Assembly (NCBI RefSeq): GCF_026571515.1
Contig: NW_026855476.1
Location: forward strand, 372,001-436,000
From: Ruditapes philippinarum
Lineage: Eukaryota
DNA: 64,000 bases
Direction: 5' to 3'
The translations under genes were made by a program, and so were the position numbers. The notes under the pieces were generated by a model that had not been told where the DNA came from, did not search any database, and saw nothing but the letters and a program-made list of their open reading frames with translations. Shown piece by piece: positions 13,451 through 28,000 of this stretch (position 1 is its first letter; each line of letters starts with the position of its first letter).

Positions 13451-16020
13451 AAGTTAATTTTTTTAGAAGCAAAAACTGGAAATTATTTCTTGTCTTAGGA
13501 AATAAAAGTACTATAATTTACTGTTATAATATATTTATTTATCTTTAATCGTTGAAAGTTCTACAATATAAAAATTTTTGTGTAGTGATATTCTGCAAGC
13601 AGACATTTACAATAAAATATTAGCACTTGTAAGTTGTATGTACAGATCTAAAACAAAGTGTACAATCAAAGTGGCAAGAACTATTCTACAGTGCTTTCAA
13701 ATATTTAGAATCTACAATGCCCGAATTATTGTATTCAGGTGTTTTTGTTATTTTATCAACAGAAATCATATCAAACAGAAATTATATAAAATAAATAAGT
13801 TTTGATATGATTTCTGTATTTGACAGCTGATGAAAATAAACATAAATTTACTTTCTTTTCACTCTGTTTAAATAGTGGTGAAAAAAAAAATACGGTGAAT
13901 TCAAAAGAAATGTTACACTACTCTTAGGTCTCAAATATGAAACTCTTAAGTTAAAACATTAACTTTCTAACATAATTCTTAAGTAAAATAAACTTTCTTT
14001 TATAATACTTTAACAAGTTAAAAAATTAACTTTCTTTCATAATTTTTTTTCAAACTAAATGCTCATACATTCTGACAATTTTCAAAGTTCAAAAGAATTT
14101 AAATTTTAAAACTCAAATAATAATACTAAAACAACTTAATCAAGTGATAATTTTCCTTCAACAATTTTTACAATATATTGTACATTTCTTTAAATGGATA
14201 GATGATCTTACATTATAATAACTGTAACATAGCTTATAGAAAGATAACAAATTCACTATTATAATCTTATTTACCAATTTCTATCTCCTAAATGTAATCA
14301 AACAGGATTTCAATTGCTTTTTCAATATGGTAAAAAAGAGAAAATAAGAATCCCTAAAGAAAGCCCCATCAATAAAAGAACCATCACATATTTGGAGGAT
14401 ACATGTAGTATGCTGTAAATGTCAACAGCAGCATTTTGATTTGTATCTGTTGCATACAAGATATTAATTAAATACAAGACAGAATGGTATGATATAGACA
14501 GTGTTAGTTTTATTAGGTAAGATTAATTAGTATTTTACTGACCTGCAGTTATTCAACAATATTCTGTTTATAACTGCCAAACTACTTGACTTAATCATTG
14601 AAACAGTGGTGAATGATGATGGATGGCACATGGCCAAAATCAACCAAATCCTCAAAGAAAATCACAAAAGCGACTCTCTGTGCATGCTTCAAATTGTCCT
14701 CTTGTACCAGCAGTACCTTCACACTTTTCTGTGCTCCTCTGACTAGCTTAACAAAATAGTCCTAAGACCATTACCACTCAGCGTAATTCATACCTATTTT
14801 ATTCTTACATTTACATAACTCCATCTATTACATGACAAATTCTCCAATCAAACTAACCAAGTGATTTATTCCAGCAGTCTTCTTCTCTTGTTCAAAATTA
14901 TTATGCTTTTATCAATTTCTTGTAACAATACATCTGTATATATTGTTATAGTTATGTTATATATATATTACAGTACAAACCATAAGTTGATATTAATTGT
15001 AATACGTTTATGTACATTTACAAAAACCTGTTTATTATAGGTTTGAAAGGATAAGTAAGAACAATGGTGGTTAAAGCATAAACGTAAAACTTATAACAAT
15101 GAAAGAATGAAATCATTTTGAATATACTCCTTATAAATTTTTTACCCTAGTTGCTGAGTAAATAATTCCATCTCAATGTTGTTGTTTTTTTTTTGTAAAA
15201 AAATAAATATATGAAACAAATCTTATTCTAAATTTGGTTCAGTTACAATTTAATATGCACTAAAATTATTACTGGTTGGCACCGAAATCTTAAAATAAAG
15301 GTTGGAAATTAAACATAGTGTCAGTTATAAAATATAGATAATCTGCAATATGTAAGCAGTAAGTGATAATGTACATAAACAAGAAATGCCATGATTAATA
15401 CAAATCATATCTGCAGTATTCTTCAACAAATTTGAAAGAACAGCTTTATTTACACATATACACTGCCTGGGACTAAACAACTAAAAGCAAAAAAGGAAAA
15501 AAAAAGAAAGAAAGGAGAAAAAAAAAACTTTTTCTTTTATGCCAGGTAACAAATAGAAAGGAAACTAAAATTTAAACATATTCCTCCTTGTACTAATAAT
15601 AAGCATTTTTGGTAAATCACTTAGATTTGTCTTAACCTGTTACCTTTACCTAGGTCAAATCCAATGTATTTTATTTTAAAAGAACTGAAAAATACTTTTA
15701 AATACAAATATGAAAATTCTAGATATTGCAAAATGTTCTCTACTGTGAACTAGAACCTGTTTTTTTTAAAGTATATTCAATATACATCAGAAAAACAACC
15801 TGCTATTAAAAAGAACCAAGCAAAAAAAAAAAATATGTTTCAATTCACCCCCCACTCCAGCGCTCCCCGTATCCCTCAATCTCGGTAAAATGTAATCCAA
15901 AAATCAAACAAAAAAGGTAAAAACAATGTTCTCAATATTCAGTGTTATTCAAAAAAGATCTAAGTCCAAAAATAATTTACGAGGGATTAAAAAAAACATC
16001 TAACACTACTGTTTGTGAAT

Positions 16021-19000
16021 TTATTTTGTCACTTGATGCATGGCATGTGCCAGATAGTCCACATTGTTGGAGGAAAGACCAGCCACTGATATTCTACCAT
16101 CCTTTGTTAGATATATAGAGAATTCTTTAGTTAACCTCTCAACCTGGAAAAAATATATAAATAAATTAACCATGAAGTTATAAATTCATTTCTGTCCAAG
16201 GCAAAAATAATGCAACATCAATAAAAAGTTGTATTTAATCAACATGATAACAGATTGTGTTCATTTTTTACATCCACTGAATAGAATTTGCTTGAATAAA
16301 TAATATATATGAATATTTTTTTTATATTATTATTTTGTTGGGTTTAACGTCTCATCAACACAGATTACGTCATATGGCAACTTTGCAGTTTTACTGGTTT
16401 AAACATATCTATTAAAGCTCAATTGTGAAACAAATTCTTGCAATTTTTATCAATCACTTTTGAGTCCGCTTCCCCGAACCAACCAGTACTGGTGTCATAT
16501 GAAGAAACATGGTTGTGACTCGATTAGGGATTGAACCCATGATCCACAGGTTGAGAGAAAGACACCTTAACTACTAGGCCACTGCTCCCCTGAAATAGCT
16601 TTACTGGTGGAGGAAGACATGAACATTATTTCAGGCATGAACAGGCACCCCGATTAGAATTATCAACGCTCTATAAGCCAGCTGGATAGCTCCTCATATA
16701 AAAGAATCCAAAGTCCCTGTCAAGATTAATTTTTTATTACTTTTAACAATGTTTGGTATAAATTTAAAACAGACGATCATGACAACCCTTTTATCCCTCA
16801 TCAGAATTCGACATGGCAGAGAATAACTTTGATCAAATGCAAATGCCAAAATTTAATAATTAAGCAATAAAACATAATTTCAGATTTAAAGAACTTGACC
16901 TCAGTGACCACAAATGATATGTTTGGGTAAAGGTCCAATCACTTTGACCTAAAAACCTAGGTTTTGCATGTTCCACATTTTAATGCAACAATATACCAAA
17001 ATTTATTTATGAATGACACCTCTATTTGCAAGGACAATAACATAAAATTAATTTTACCTGGTCAGGTTTAAGTCCAGTAAAACAGAACATTCCGATCTGG
17101 TCTGTTATATGCTGCCAGTCATGACTGGATCCTTCACGTGTCAAACCATCCCTTAGTTGTGACCTCATTGTAATTATACGATCAGCCATTCCTTTCACCT
17201 CCCCCAACCTGTAAAATACAATTCTTCCAGTTTTCATATTCAATAAATTGACTTAACTTCTTAATTAAAACTATTTGAAATTGGCTATCTAAATTCTCAA
17301 TGGTAGGATACTACGTCATCGTGCACTAGCAAAATGCTCCCATTCAGACTGTTTTTTTTGTCGACTTGAAGATATTTTTTTCTTTTTCTAAGAAATCATA
17401 GGAATATAAACAAGATTGCATTTGTGAAAAATGCTATGCCACCGCATTAATACAACACTAAAAGTCGTGTAGTATTTGTTAACAAAAGAGCACATGTCAA
17501 TGTTTGTTTGTTTGTTTGTTTAATTTTACGCCTTTTTCCAACAGTATTTCAGTCATATAGGCGGGTAGTTTCCTAACCATCGTTCCTGGAGAGTTACACC
17601 AGTACTAGACTACCTTCCTCCGCGCTAAACTACCAAAGCATCTCCCGGGGATCGAACCCACGCCAGAGAGGTACCTGAATTAGAAGTCATCGACTCTAAC
17701 CCCTCGACCACGGAGGCGGTGTATCAATGTTTGTGGTTAAATCTATTGTTATTCAATTAAAAGGTCAGAGTAGGGATCTATCAATGCAGTTGAGTCCAGT
17801 GAATTTGGTGGTGAAGGTCATATTTCACATGGCCTAAATTACATGACTGTACATCAAAAGACAACACAGTAAGACACTTTGTCAAAATCTAGGTCAGCTG
17901 GTATTAAAATTCAATTTACATCTTAATCTGTGCACATAGTTCAAATTTCATAGCTGTACATCAAAGGACAAGAAAGAAAGTCACATCATCAAAATCTAAG
18001 TCACCTGATATCAAGTTCAATTTTACAACTAAAACTGTGAACATGGTCAAAATTTCATGGCTGTACATCAAAGGACAAGAAAGTAGGTCACTGTCCCCTT
18101 TGGCAGGGCAAAATTTTGACCCAAGGGTTTAATTCAAACAATCTTGATATAAGTCCACCAAACAACATTTTATGTCAAATATCTAAGCTGTAGCTTTCTC
18201 CTATTTAGAAAACATTTGTTTTAGTTTCTGTTTTTACTATGTGTACATAATGAAAATCAATGCCCCCCCCCCCCCCCCCCCCAGACAGGGCCAATTTTGA
18301 CACCACAGGCAAAATTTGAACAACTTTGGTAGAGGACCTATAGAGGATATCATACAGCAAATATGAAAGCTCTAAGCCTTGTACTTTCAGACAAGAGGTT
18401 CTTTTAACTTTTTACTATATGTACATACTGAAAATCAAGGAAAACCCCCGCACCCCCCTGGTGTGACCAATTTTGACCCCAGGGCTATAATTTAAACAAT
18501 CTCCATGAGGGTTCACTACGCAATGTCTCACGCCAAATATCTGACACAAATAAATAAAGATTCATACCATTCCTGTCTGAGAGCTTTATCATTCAGCACC
18601 TTTGATACAATATGAGCACCATGGATTGGTGGATTTGAATACATCGGTCTAATTAAGATCTTGATCTGTGACATAACTCTAGCTTGCTCATCTTTGTCCG
18701 AACACACAATAGTAAATGCTCCAGCTCTCTCACCTATATAACAATAACATAACATCACTCAACAGAACAGATTGAAGCATGCAGATTATCTATGATTGTC
18801 ATAGTAACAACCAGTTGAATTTAGTTTAAACATAACTGAATTGTGATAGTAACTTCAAGCCGATTTAAATTTCATTTTGATATACAACTCGTATAGAGTC
18901 TTGGTAATAATTTACTTGCCCAAAGTCCGGAACAAGTTAAATTACCAACATGCAAGTTAAAATTATAACCGGTCTCTGCTAATTTTAATAAAACATGAAA

Positions 19001-22000
19001 TAAATCTATAATTTTTATAAATTGCACATGTTTATCCAAACATGTACATGTCACAAGTGAGTTCAATAGTTTACATGCAATTTTTCCTGGCAGTAAGTAG
19101 CTCTGCTGCGTCACAGCCACTGTGTTATTGACACATAATGGTGTGCACAGTTAAAATCGGCAACGTCTTTGATGTTCTTTGAGTGACACTGACAAAGATT
19201 TAAGGTCGGCAAATTAATGCAGATGAACCAAATACCTGTTTGTGAAATGCGACAAAATCATACAGAAAGGTGTAACAAAATATAGTGCACTTACCATATA
19301 AACCCATATTTTTAGCAAATGATTGAGCAAGACATAGTTTATGGCCATCTTTGATAAATAATCGTAAAGCATAAGCATCTTTGTTAATATCTCCGCTAGC
19401 GAATCCCTGGTAGGCCATATCAAAGTATGGGTACAGATTCCTCTTCTTGATTACCTGACTCATTTCTTGCCACTGTTCAGGCTGTTGAAAGATAAACATT
19501 TGTAAAATGATTATGTACGTACGGTGATTTGTAAATTACATTCACAAGAGCACAGTGCCATTTAAGTGCAGTAACAGATTAACTCATCCTGAATTATGTA
19601 AGGAGTTAACTGATTACTGCACTAAGGTGACGGCATGATCTTCAAATGCCGAAATTTTAGTTCAATAAAAATTGGGGAAAAGTTCAAACTTTTAAAATAA
19701 TCACTTATAAATATTTAGCTATTACTTTAGTAAACCTGAATAGCATAACTATCATCTAAGTCAAATCTGCCTGATATTTGCTAGAGACACAGCAAAGAAC
19801 CAGGTCAACTTGGGAAAATCTTCTCAATTTTTGGGGATTTTCCATTCTAATTTGTAAATTTCAAAACATTTTGTCAATAATCATTCATTTTTGTATATAC
19901 AAAGTATTGTAACATGAATATGTAATGGACATAGGTACATCAGTCTAAATGAATTAAGGAAATAGCATTTTGGATAGGGGGGTATCATTATATATTCCCT
20001 GAAGAGGCTGCTCAACTATTTTTTTGATAACTGAAATCCATTGTACTATTTATGGACTGTTCTAGATTCAAAACAGGGCAAGTTGATTATGGGACTTAAT
20101 TTCACATGTTTGATTTTTCAGTGTAGTACCTCTTATATACAAGGTATATAATGCATTCATTACCTTGGTTGGTTCATTACTTTTTAACTGACAAGCTTAC
20201 CTTTGGATCTACTCCAGTTGGATTGTGTGCACATGCATGTAACAAAATAACTGAGCCCTCTGGAATTTTCTGAAATAATGATCATTTTTTAATATTCATG
20301 GTGTAACTCAGTCTATAAAGTCAGATTAAGTACTCTACACTGAATTTGAAAATTCTTCTAATTTTTTTTGTACTTTTTCTTAACTTTCAACATTTAAAAT
20401 CTCCTTAAGTTTGTATCCATTTTTTATGAGATATGCTTAATGTGTACAATCTTAGAAAGATATTTTAAAACATTGTCATAAATTAACAATTTATATGGTT
20501 ACATGGATGTAGTATCAAAATAAATTTACTCTCATCCTATAATATCTTATTTAAACTTCCAATATAGTGGTAAACAATTAAAACCTTGCAATAAATTGCA
20601 AACAAAATATTGTTCACCAAGAACTAACGATAACACTTTTTTTAAAACACAATTCTTGAAATTATTTTAAACAGGAACTTGCAAATAACAATATTTTCCA
20701 CCAACAACTTTCAATAACAGTTTTTCTGAAATGTAATTCAATAAATTTTGTCTGAACTATAATATCAAATGTATCATTTTCTGTCAAAAGTGCATCCTAT
20801 GTATTCTATTTTCAAATCTTTCTTTTATTTTTTTAACACAACTGTGAAAACTAAAATAAAGCAAAAGAATATGTAAACTATGCTGTACATACGCTAATGT
20901 CCTCCAATGCACCTTTAAAGTCAAATCCACAAGTTTTGGGATCATAGTATCTATAAGTGCTAATGTTCATTCCAGAATCCCTAAAAACAACAAGATTTAT
21001 CATCTACATAAATTAGGGTAAAGTGTGATCCCTCGGAAATACTAATCACAACAAAATTACATGAAAGATGCAGACTCAGTTTGATTAAGTCTATACATGA
21101 GGGATAATGATAAGGTGCAACATCCACCTAGCACTGGCTTGAGTGGAACTCAATTTTCAACTCTTAAAAGTGTTGGAATAAAAAACTTCTGCAATCATAT
21201 CATAAAGCTAAAGATATTTGTTAAATGAAGATAAGAGATGTAAAAACAAAACTTTAACTAAGTGTTATGCTGGCGGCCCAAGCGAAGTAATATCACAAGT
21301 TACTTAAATGGTAGAAAATGAACCACACATCTACACTTACTTGAATATTGGATTATGGTTTCCCCAGGTTGGTGAGGGGAAATAAATTTGTTTGCTAGAG
21401 TAAAATCTAGATAGAAATGCTGCACCAATTCTCAGTGACCCTGTACCTGACACACCTTGGGTGGTGGCATTCTGTTTTTTTATAAAAAGAGGGAGAAAAT
21501 TACACTAGCTACAAACAAAATTATTGGTAGATTATTTCTTTAGTATTTCAATCATCATTTGGTTGAGTATTAACTTTTTCAAGTTATACATGTACATCAC
21601 ATGACTGTTAAGAAATAATTTTAGAAAGGAAATTTTAAGAATTTGCAGTTCACTATTTTTTTAATATTTATAAGAAATAGTTTGAAAATATCAAAACAGT
21701 ACTATATACTTTTTACATATATAGAAATATTAAGCAATTTAAAAAAAAGCATGAAAGTTCCCCGATGATCAAATATCCTTTTTAACATTTTTCATTAAAT
21801 ACTTGTAAGTATCAAAGTGCATGAAAGTGCTTTTCTTACCAAACCATCTTTAACAACTGGGCTGTCATCTCCAAATGCAAGGGCAGCAGATCCATTTGTA
21901 AATGCAGGAAACCCAGATATAGGGGCATACTCATGGTCTAGTCCCTCATCTAACATCTGTTTCTCAGCCTAAATAAGTATACAAATAGTAAATATATCAT

Positions 22001-25000
22001 CAGTTTGTAATGTATAATGTATAGACAAGAAATCAAAGGTCTTATTTTCCATCTTACATCATATGGTTAAAATTCAGGCAAAGTCAAGGCTACTGTAGAA
22101 CTTACTCCTTGCTTCTTTTGCCAAACCATATCAGATATCTGTACTAGCTACTTCAATATCTACAAAGCAATGAACTTAATGAAAGTTGAAAAATATAACA
22201 TTATTAACTCTTAGCGGTGACACTGATAATGATTTTTGTATCGGTAATTATTTATCGGCGATACTGAGATATATTGATTGTCAGGCAATATTTTAGCTTT
22301 CAAGTCTTTTTTAATGTTTCCAAAGGACACCGACTATGCAGTTATATTTAAACACATGCGTATTGAAATCTTGTGACAAAACAAAGAAAGACAAATAAAC
22401 TATGAACACTGAACATTTAATGACTAGTAACTATAAAGTTTAAAGCCTTGCTTTTTAAAATCTGGGGGGGGGGGGGGGGGTGTGTCTTGACACCAACTCA
22501 TTAGATGTGCGAGATTACAACGAAATTCGGCAGCATTCGTTAGAGACACAGGGAGGTAATCTTGGCGTTGATTTCCATTTTCGTTTAAGAAAAAAAAATG
22601 TTTGAAATGTTTGTGCATTCGATACCCCATATTTAAAATATGGAATCAATATCAAATCAGATTGCAAATATCGTTGATACTCCAATATCAACTGAATTGA
22701 TTACACCCCTAATAAATGAGGATATTTTGCAGCGTAAAATTCTAAATACTTATTTATCGTATGAGTGGTTGAAAAATATTTCATGCAGATCATTTATATT
22801 TATATAGGAATTGAATATTAAGATTTCAAAAAGCTGTGCATTTTCATAATGCTTTTTTATGCTATTAAAATAATGTACTTAAACAAGACAAATGCATTTA
22901 AAAAGTTTTGTAGTTATTTAAAAAATTATCCAGCATGTTATTACTTTTCTTATGTGCTAAAAGTTTTCACTGTCAAATGATAAGATATTAATGCTGAAAA
23001 AATGAAAATACAAATACTTTCTAAACCATCCAAACTAAATAATTATGATGTTAACAGAAACATGTAGGAAACAGTAAATTAACAAATCACCTTTAATAGT
23101 TCCAGTCTAGCCTGTGTATCAAGACAATATACATGTATATCTGGTTTATTGAACCTGATTTTATATTTACTGTTGTTGTTTTTTGTTGTTGTTTTTTCAG
23201 TTATGTTATATTTGAGTATTAGATATAATTAAAGTATCTCAGCAAACAAGACTTCAAGATTACATGTACCACAGAGCTTCTGAAAGTTCTAGGAATGGGC
23301 ACTAGTAACTGCCAATGAAATTTCCAATCATCATAGACATTTATATAAACATTGTACATCATTCTGCAATGCTTATCTTAACCCCCAGCAGCTGGCAAAA
23401 TCAAAACCAGAACCTACTGCAAAATGTATGACTACATGAGCTACTTTTGCCAAAACATGATAAATAAAATTTAAAATATTCAGTGGTATCTGATATTAAA
23501 TTTTACGAATGCTTCATCTCATGAAATTCTTTGAAAATCTGACATGCAATTTTCTCCTAAAATTTAATTTAGCTAAGTTTTAACTCCCACTTATGCACAA
23601 AATACTGTGTTATTTTTCCACCAATTTAAGACTAAGATGTCTAAGAGTAAGGCCACTTCCTCTACCTGTGAAAAAAAGGCCTCAAAAATGATTAATATTT
23701 CATATAACAGCTCATCATCATCAAATACTAGAGCAGCTATAGAGATACCTTTTTCACACATTCCAGTATGAATGGTTTCCCATCATCACCTCTGTATGCA
23801 CCAACTCCCAGGTTGATCTTCTTTGGATTGGTATCCTTCTTGAAAGCCTCGGTGACACCAAGAATGGCATCTGGTGGCCCCATAGGTACATTGGCCCATG
23901 CTGAACTGAAAGCAAAAACACATACCAAAAACATGTAAATACTGTGATTACAAACTGCATTAAGGTAGCCTTATAAAAATATAATTCTGCAATGTATAAA
24001 AGAGACAAGCCATCTTGCATATTAGTTAGTTTCATCCCAACATATTATTATTATAATCCATTATGCAACCAATCAAATTAAAGGTTCTGTATAATTATCT
24101 AAAGGTTATTTGTTTCATGTATTTTATTCCATTTCCAATATTTTGACATAATCCTTTTGTCCAATTACACAGAAGATATTATTCTCCACAATGGATTCTC
24201 AATGGACAAAAGGATAATTTGTGGCGCGATAGCTCAGTTGGTTAGACCACTGGCTGTCACTCCTGAGGTCCCGGGTCCGATCCTGGGTAACACCCGTGGG
24301 ATTTTTCAGAGACACTTTCAGTGTTTCCCAGCTAACTAGAGGTGTACTGGTAAGAAATCCAGGTAATCCTCGCATGTATCAGTGCTATACACTGGGCATG
24401 TAAAAGAACCAAGGGGTCTATTCAATAAGTAGTGGGGCGGGAAATTGAGAAAATAGTGCAAATGGTGATACAAGCATGAAACTTTCAGGAAATCATCTTT
24501 AGACCACGTAGATTTCAAAAGTGAAGTGGGCCCAAAAATATCTCTGCTCATTCAAGATGGCCGCCATTTTCAAAATGGCCGCCATATAAATTTGACGTAC
24601 ATAAATAGCTCATTCGGTCAAAATTTTTGTAACGACCTGAAACTTACACCATAACATGTTTAAAGTGTCTCCTTTACAAAAATTAAATCTTCCAAAATTC
24701 CGCTTCATACGTCTTGTCAATCCAAGATGGCGTCCAATATGGCCGCCAATTTTATGCAAACTTGTTATATAATTTCTACAGTATAATTGACATTACGCCG
24801 CCTGTCAATCAAGCTGGCAGGGGTCTTACAGATAAGCTAATAGGCGATCGTTTTCAGTTTCATGCTAAGATGTCTGAGAAGTCCGCCATTTTCCTTAGAC
24901 AAGCTATGTGTATAAGACAATGGTGCAGCAGTATTTATATTGAAATTTTGATTTAAAGCTATTAAAACGGTATATCTAAGTTACAAAATATCCTGACATA

Positions 25001-28000
25001 TTGACAGAGGGAGTTAGTTAGTTCATTTTACAAAAAACAAAAAATCAGTAACTTTCTATATATGAAGGTAATAAGTTATATAGCAGGTACGAAAGTTAAA
25101 ACTGGCTATACCGCATTAAACAAGAAAAAAGTTTTAACAAATACTATATTCCTTCCTTCATTACAATTATGTCTTTTCATAATCACATAATATTATAAGG
25201 TCTCAGGATATCCAGATGATATGACATTTTTTGTTCGTTTATAACATAGTGGCAATAAAATGCTGCAGTAGAAAAAAAGTACTTGCAAATAAAATGAAAA
25301 AATATGCAATAAATATTTCAGGTGAAATTATCCTACCAAATTATTTCTATTAAAGCTCAATGAATTAATATACAATTATTGACTGGTGAGCCATTGAATA
25401 TGATGTGATATTCACCGGCAGATGACATATTGACCGAGGCGATAGCCGAGGTCAATATGACTTTCTGCCGGTGAATATCACATCATATTCAATGGTTCAC
25501 TAGTCAATAATTGTTTTATTATATGAATAGGCTAAGAAATTCAAAAAATCACAAAGTGCAACCTTATAATTATACATGTACAAAGTTTGCCTCTTTGAAG
25601 CGCGGGAAGAAAGACGCACGTGTTAGGCGTGCAACGACTACGCGAACGCTGCGCATACAAAAATAATTCAAGTTTATACTCATCATTGCGGTGTAACCCT
25701 TAAGTATAATAGTAAAGTATTGATATTTTAATCGAGAAATATGCCATAAAGAAAAAAGAGCAATAATTATTTTTTAATTAACAGGCGTAATTAACAGTCT
25801 CCGGTGTATGATCATTGAATATGAGTCTCAATCTATTTTTAGACTGGGAAAATCCAATTCAGCCAGTGAATATGATACTACACCCAGTAAATATGATTTT
25901 ATAAAAAGTTCTGTTGACTACTGTTTGGACCAATGAGATTGCAGCTATATTTAGATCATATAATAAGATTAATTATTTAAATACATCTGCTTCAATAACA
26001 TCATATCTGATCACGGTTTTAATTTAAAGTTGAGGTATGGTATATGTGAAATTTATTTTGAAGTGAATAATATTGCGTTTTATCACGAAAATATCTAATG
26101 TACAAATAAACATATAACAAAGTTACGCATGGGCAATTTTCTCATTTAATTTTGACAATTTATGCGCAAATGCATTATATATAAGTGATTTCGCACATAA
26201 AACCCCAAAAACATTTGTAAATCTTACTGTTTCATTGATATAATTTTACTATTATATGTTCCACTACATCAATTTTCACTATCTTTGAATTTGTAAACTA
26301 AAATGATATTTTGTCAGTAACATAACATCTTCCTTGATGTCAGCTAGAAATATAACAAGATCTTTGCCAAACGTTTTATTCATCATTAATGCGTGAATAC
26401 TTTTTTAAATACCAAAATACATTGAACTATTCAATAAAAGCATTAAAATTTTATATATTCCAAATGATATAAGGTAAATTCATTAGTCACTTAAGTGGCA
26501 TGACAGTTTCAACAGAAATTATCAAATCATATGTAAATCATAATGAAAGTAAAGTTTTGTAAGATATCTAATTTGGTTTTCTTAATCTATATGCAAAATC
26601 AAAAAAAGTTACTCTATTTCTTATTTGTCATTCAATTAAAAATAGGGGTTTGTAAGAAAACATGTAAGAAAACCTTAAAACTGTAGGTTTTATAGTTTGT
26701 CAAAGTGGGTGGGGTCAATTCATCCGATAATTATAAAAGAAAAACATGGTCATAATTCTTTATAAACGTAGGTAATTGGGTGTATCAATTTTGTCATAAC
26801 ATATATGATTTGTGAAATATTTGTATTCGGCTGCTTTAAAAGAAACAGCCTAATATCAAGTTTCTCAGAGAGGACTTAAATAACTATTAATATTCCTATA
26901 TGAGTCCATATAAACTTAGTCACCCCTGGTGCATTATAAATTTTGACCATCTTGTCCATGATTTATCAAATATTTGTAGAGTATTACAAGATTATGATGA
27001 TACATAATTAATGTCTATAATCCGGGTACTGTAGATTTAGAGAATACAGATTTATTACATAAGTCTGTGTAAAATAAGTGATACCCATTTCAAAGCCATT
27101 TTAACTGCAGGAGCATCATACAATTTTATGCATTTAGTTTAACACTAGAAGTTTTTATTGTGTTTTCCTATACAAGTCTATAAACCCGGGTGGCTCTATG
27201 AGCAAGATTCATTTAATTTGTTAAAGACACAAGATGATTGTTCATGCTTAGTATCTATGTTCTATGCTTTGTGCATTTTGCTTTTTGAGAAGACTTTTTA
27301 AACATTTTTACTATGTAAAATCTATGTACACTAAGTGACGCAAAGAGCGCTTTATGTAACTTTTAAAGAGGTCTTTTTGCCGCGTTGGGCTTTCTTTAGG
27401 GATTCTTATTTCACTCTATTTTCTGCTAGACAATGTAACATACCGGTATGTTGAATATCTAAGTTCTATGCATTGTAGATCTGCAAAAGAGGACTTACAT
27501 GTGATTTCCTATATAAGTATTTCAAAACTAAGCGCCCCTTCTGGCAGGCCTTTTAATCATGCTCCTGCAGTCTAAAATGGCTTTCCCTGGTATGTTACTG
27601 ATGTTTGCATAGACTTAAAACTGTCTTAAAAATCTTCTCTGTTCCTTAAGTTTACAGAACAGAAAAATTATCATGAAACATTACTTTGTGATACCTCTAT
27701 AAAAATTATAAATTATTGGCATAGGACCAAATCTCTAAGTTTAAATGGACTCATATAGGAACAAGCATTTGATAGTATTGCGGGCAATACAGTAGTCCCC
27801 TACCGGTCCCTCAAAAAGTTCTTTAATTGTCATACACTCCTGTGTATTGCCATTTATAATGAATTTGAGGATGAAGTCTGTATTTGAAAATATCAACCAC
27901 AAAACATAATAAAATAAGTTTGTCTATATCACAGTAATGTGTTAAGTTTCCATGCTTAGTAAGGAAATTATGTTTATACAACCTTGTCATATTATTACGA

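Noticed and set aside
22212-22711. Possible hAT MITE (TAGCGGTG...CACCCCTA, CGATA motifs) in GOT2 intron 2
   Set aside because: TIRs are imperfect and no TSD is recognisable.
24223-24295. Possible tRNA gene
   Set aside because: A and B boxes are present but there is no good cloverleaf, and it continues into a SINE body and tail.
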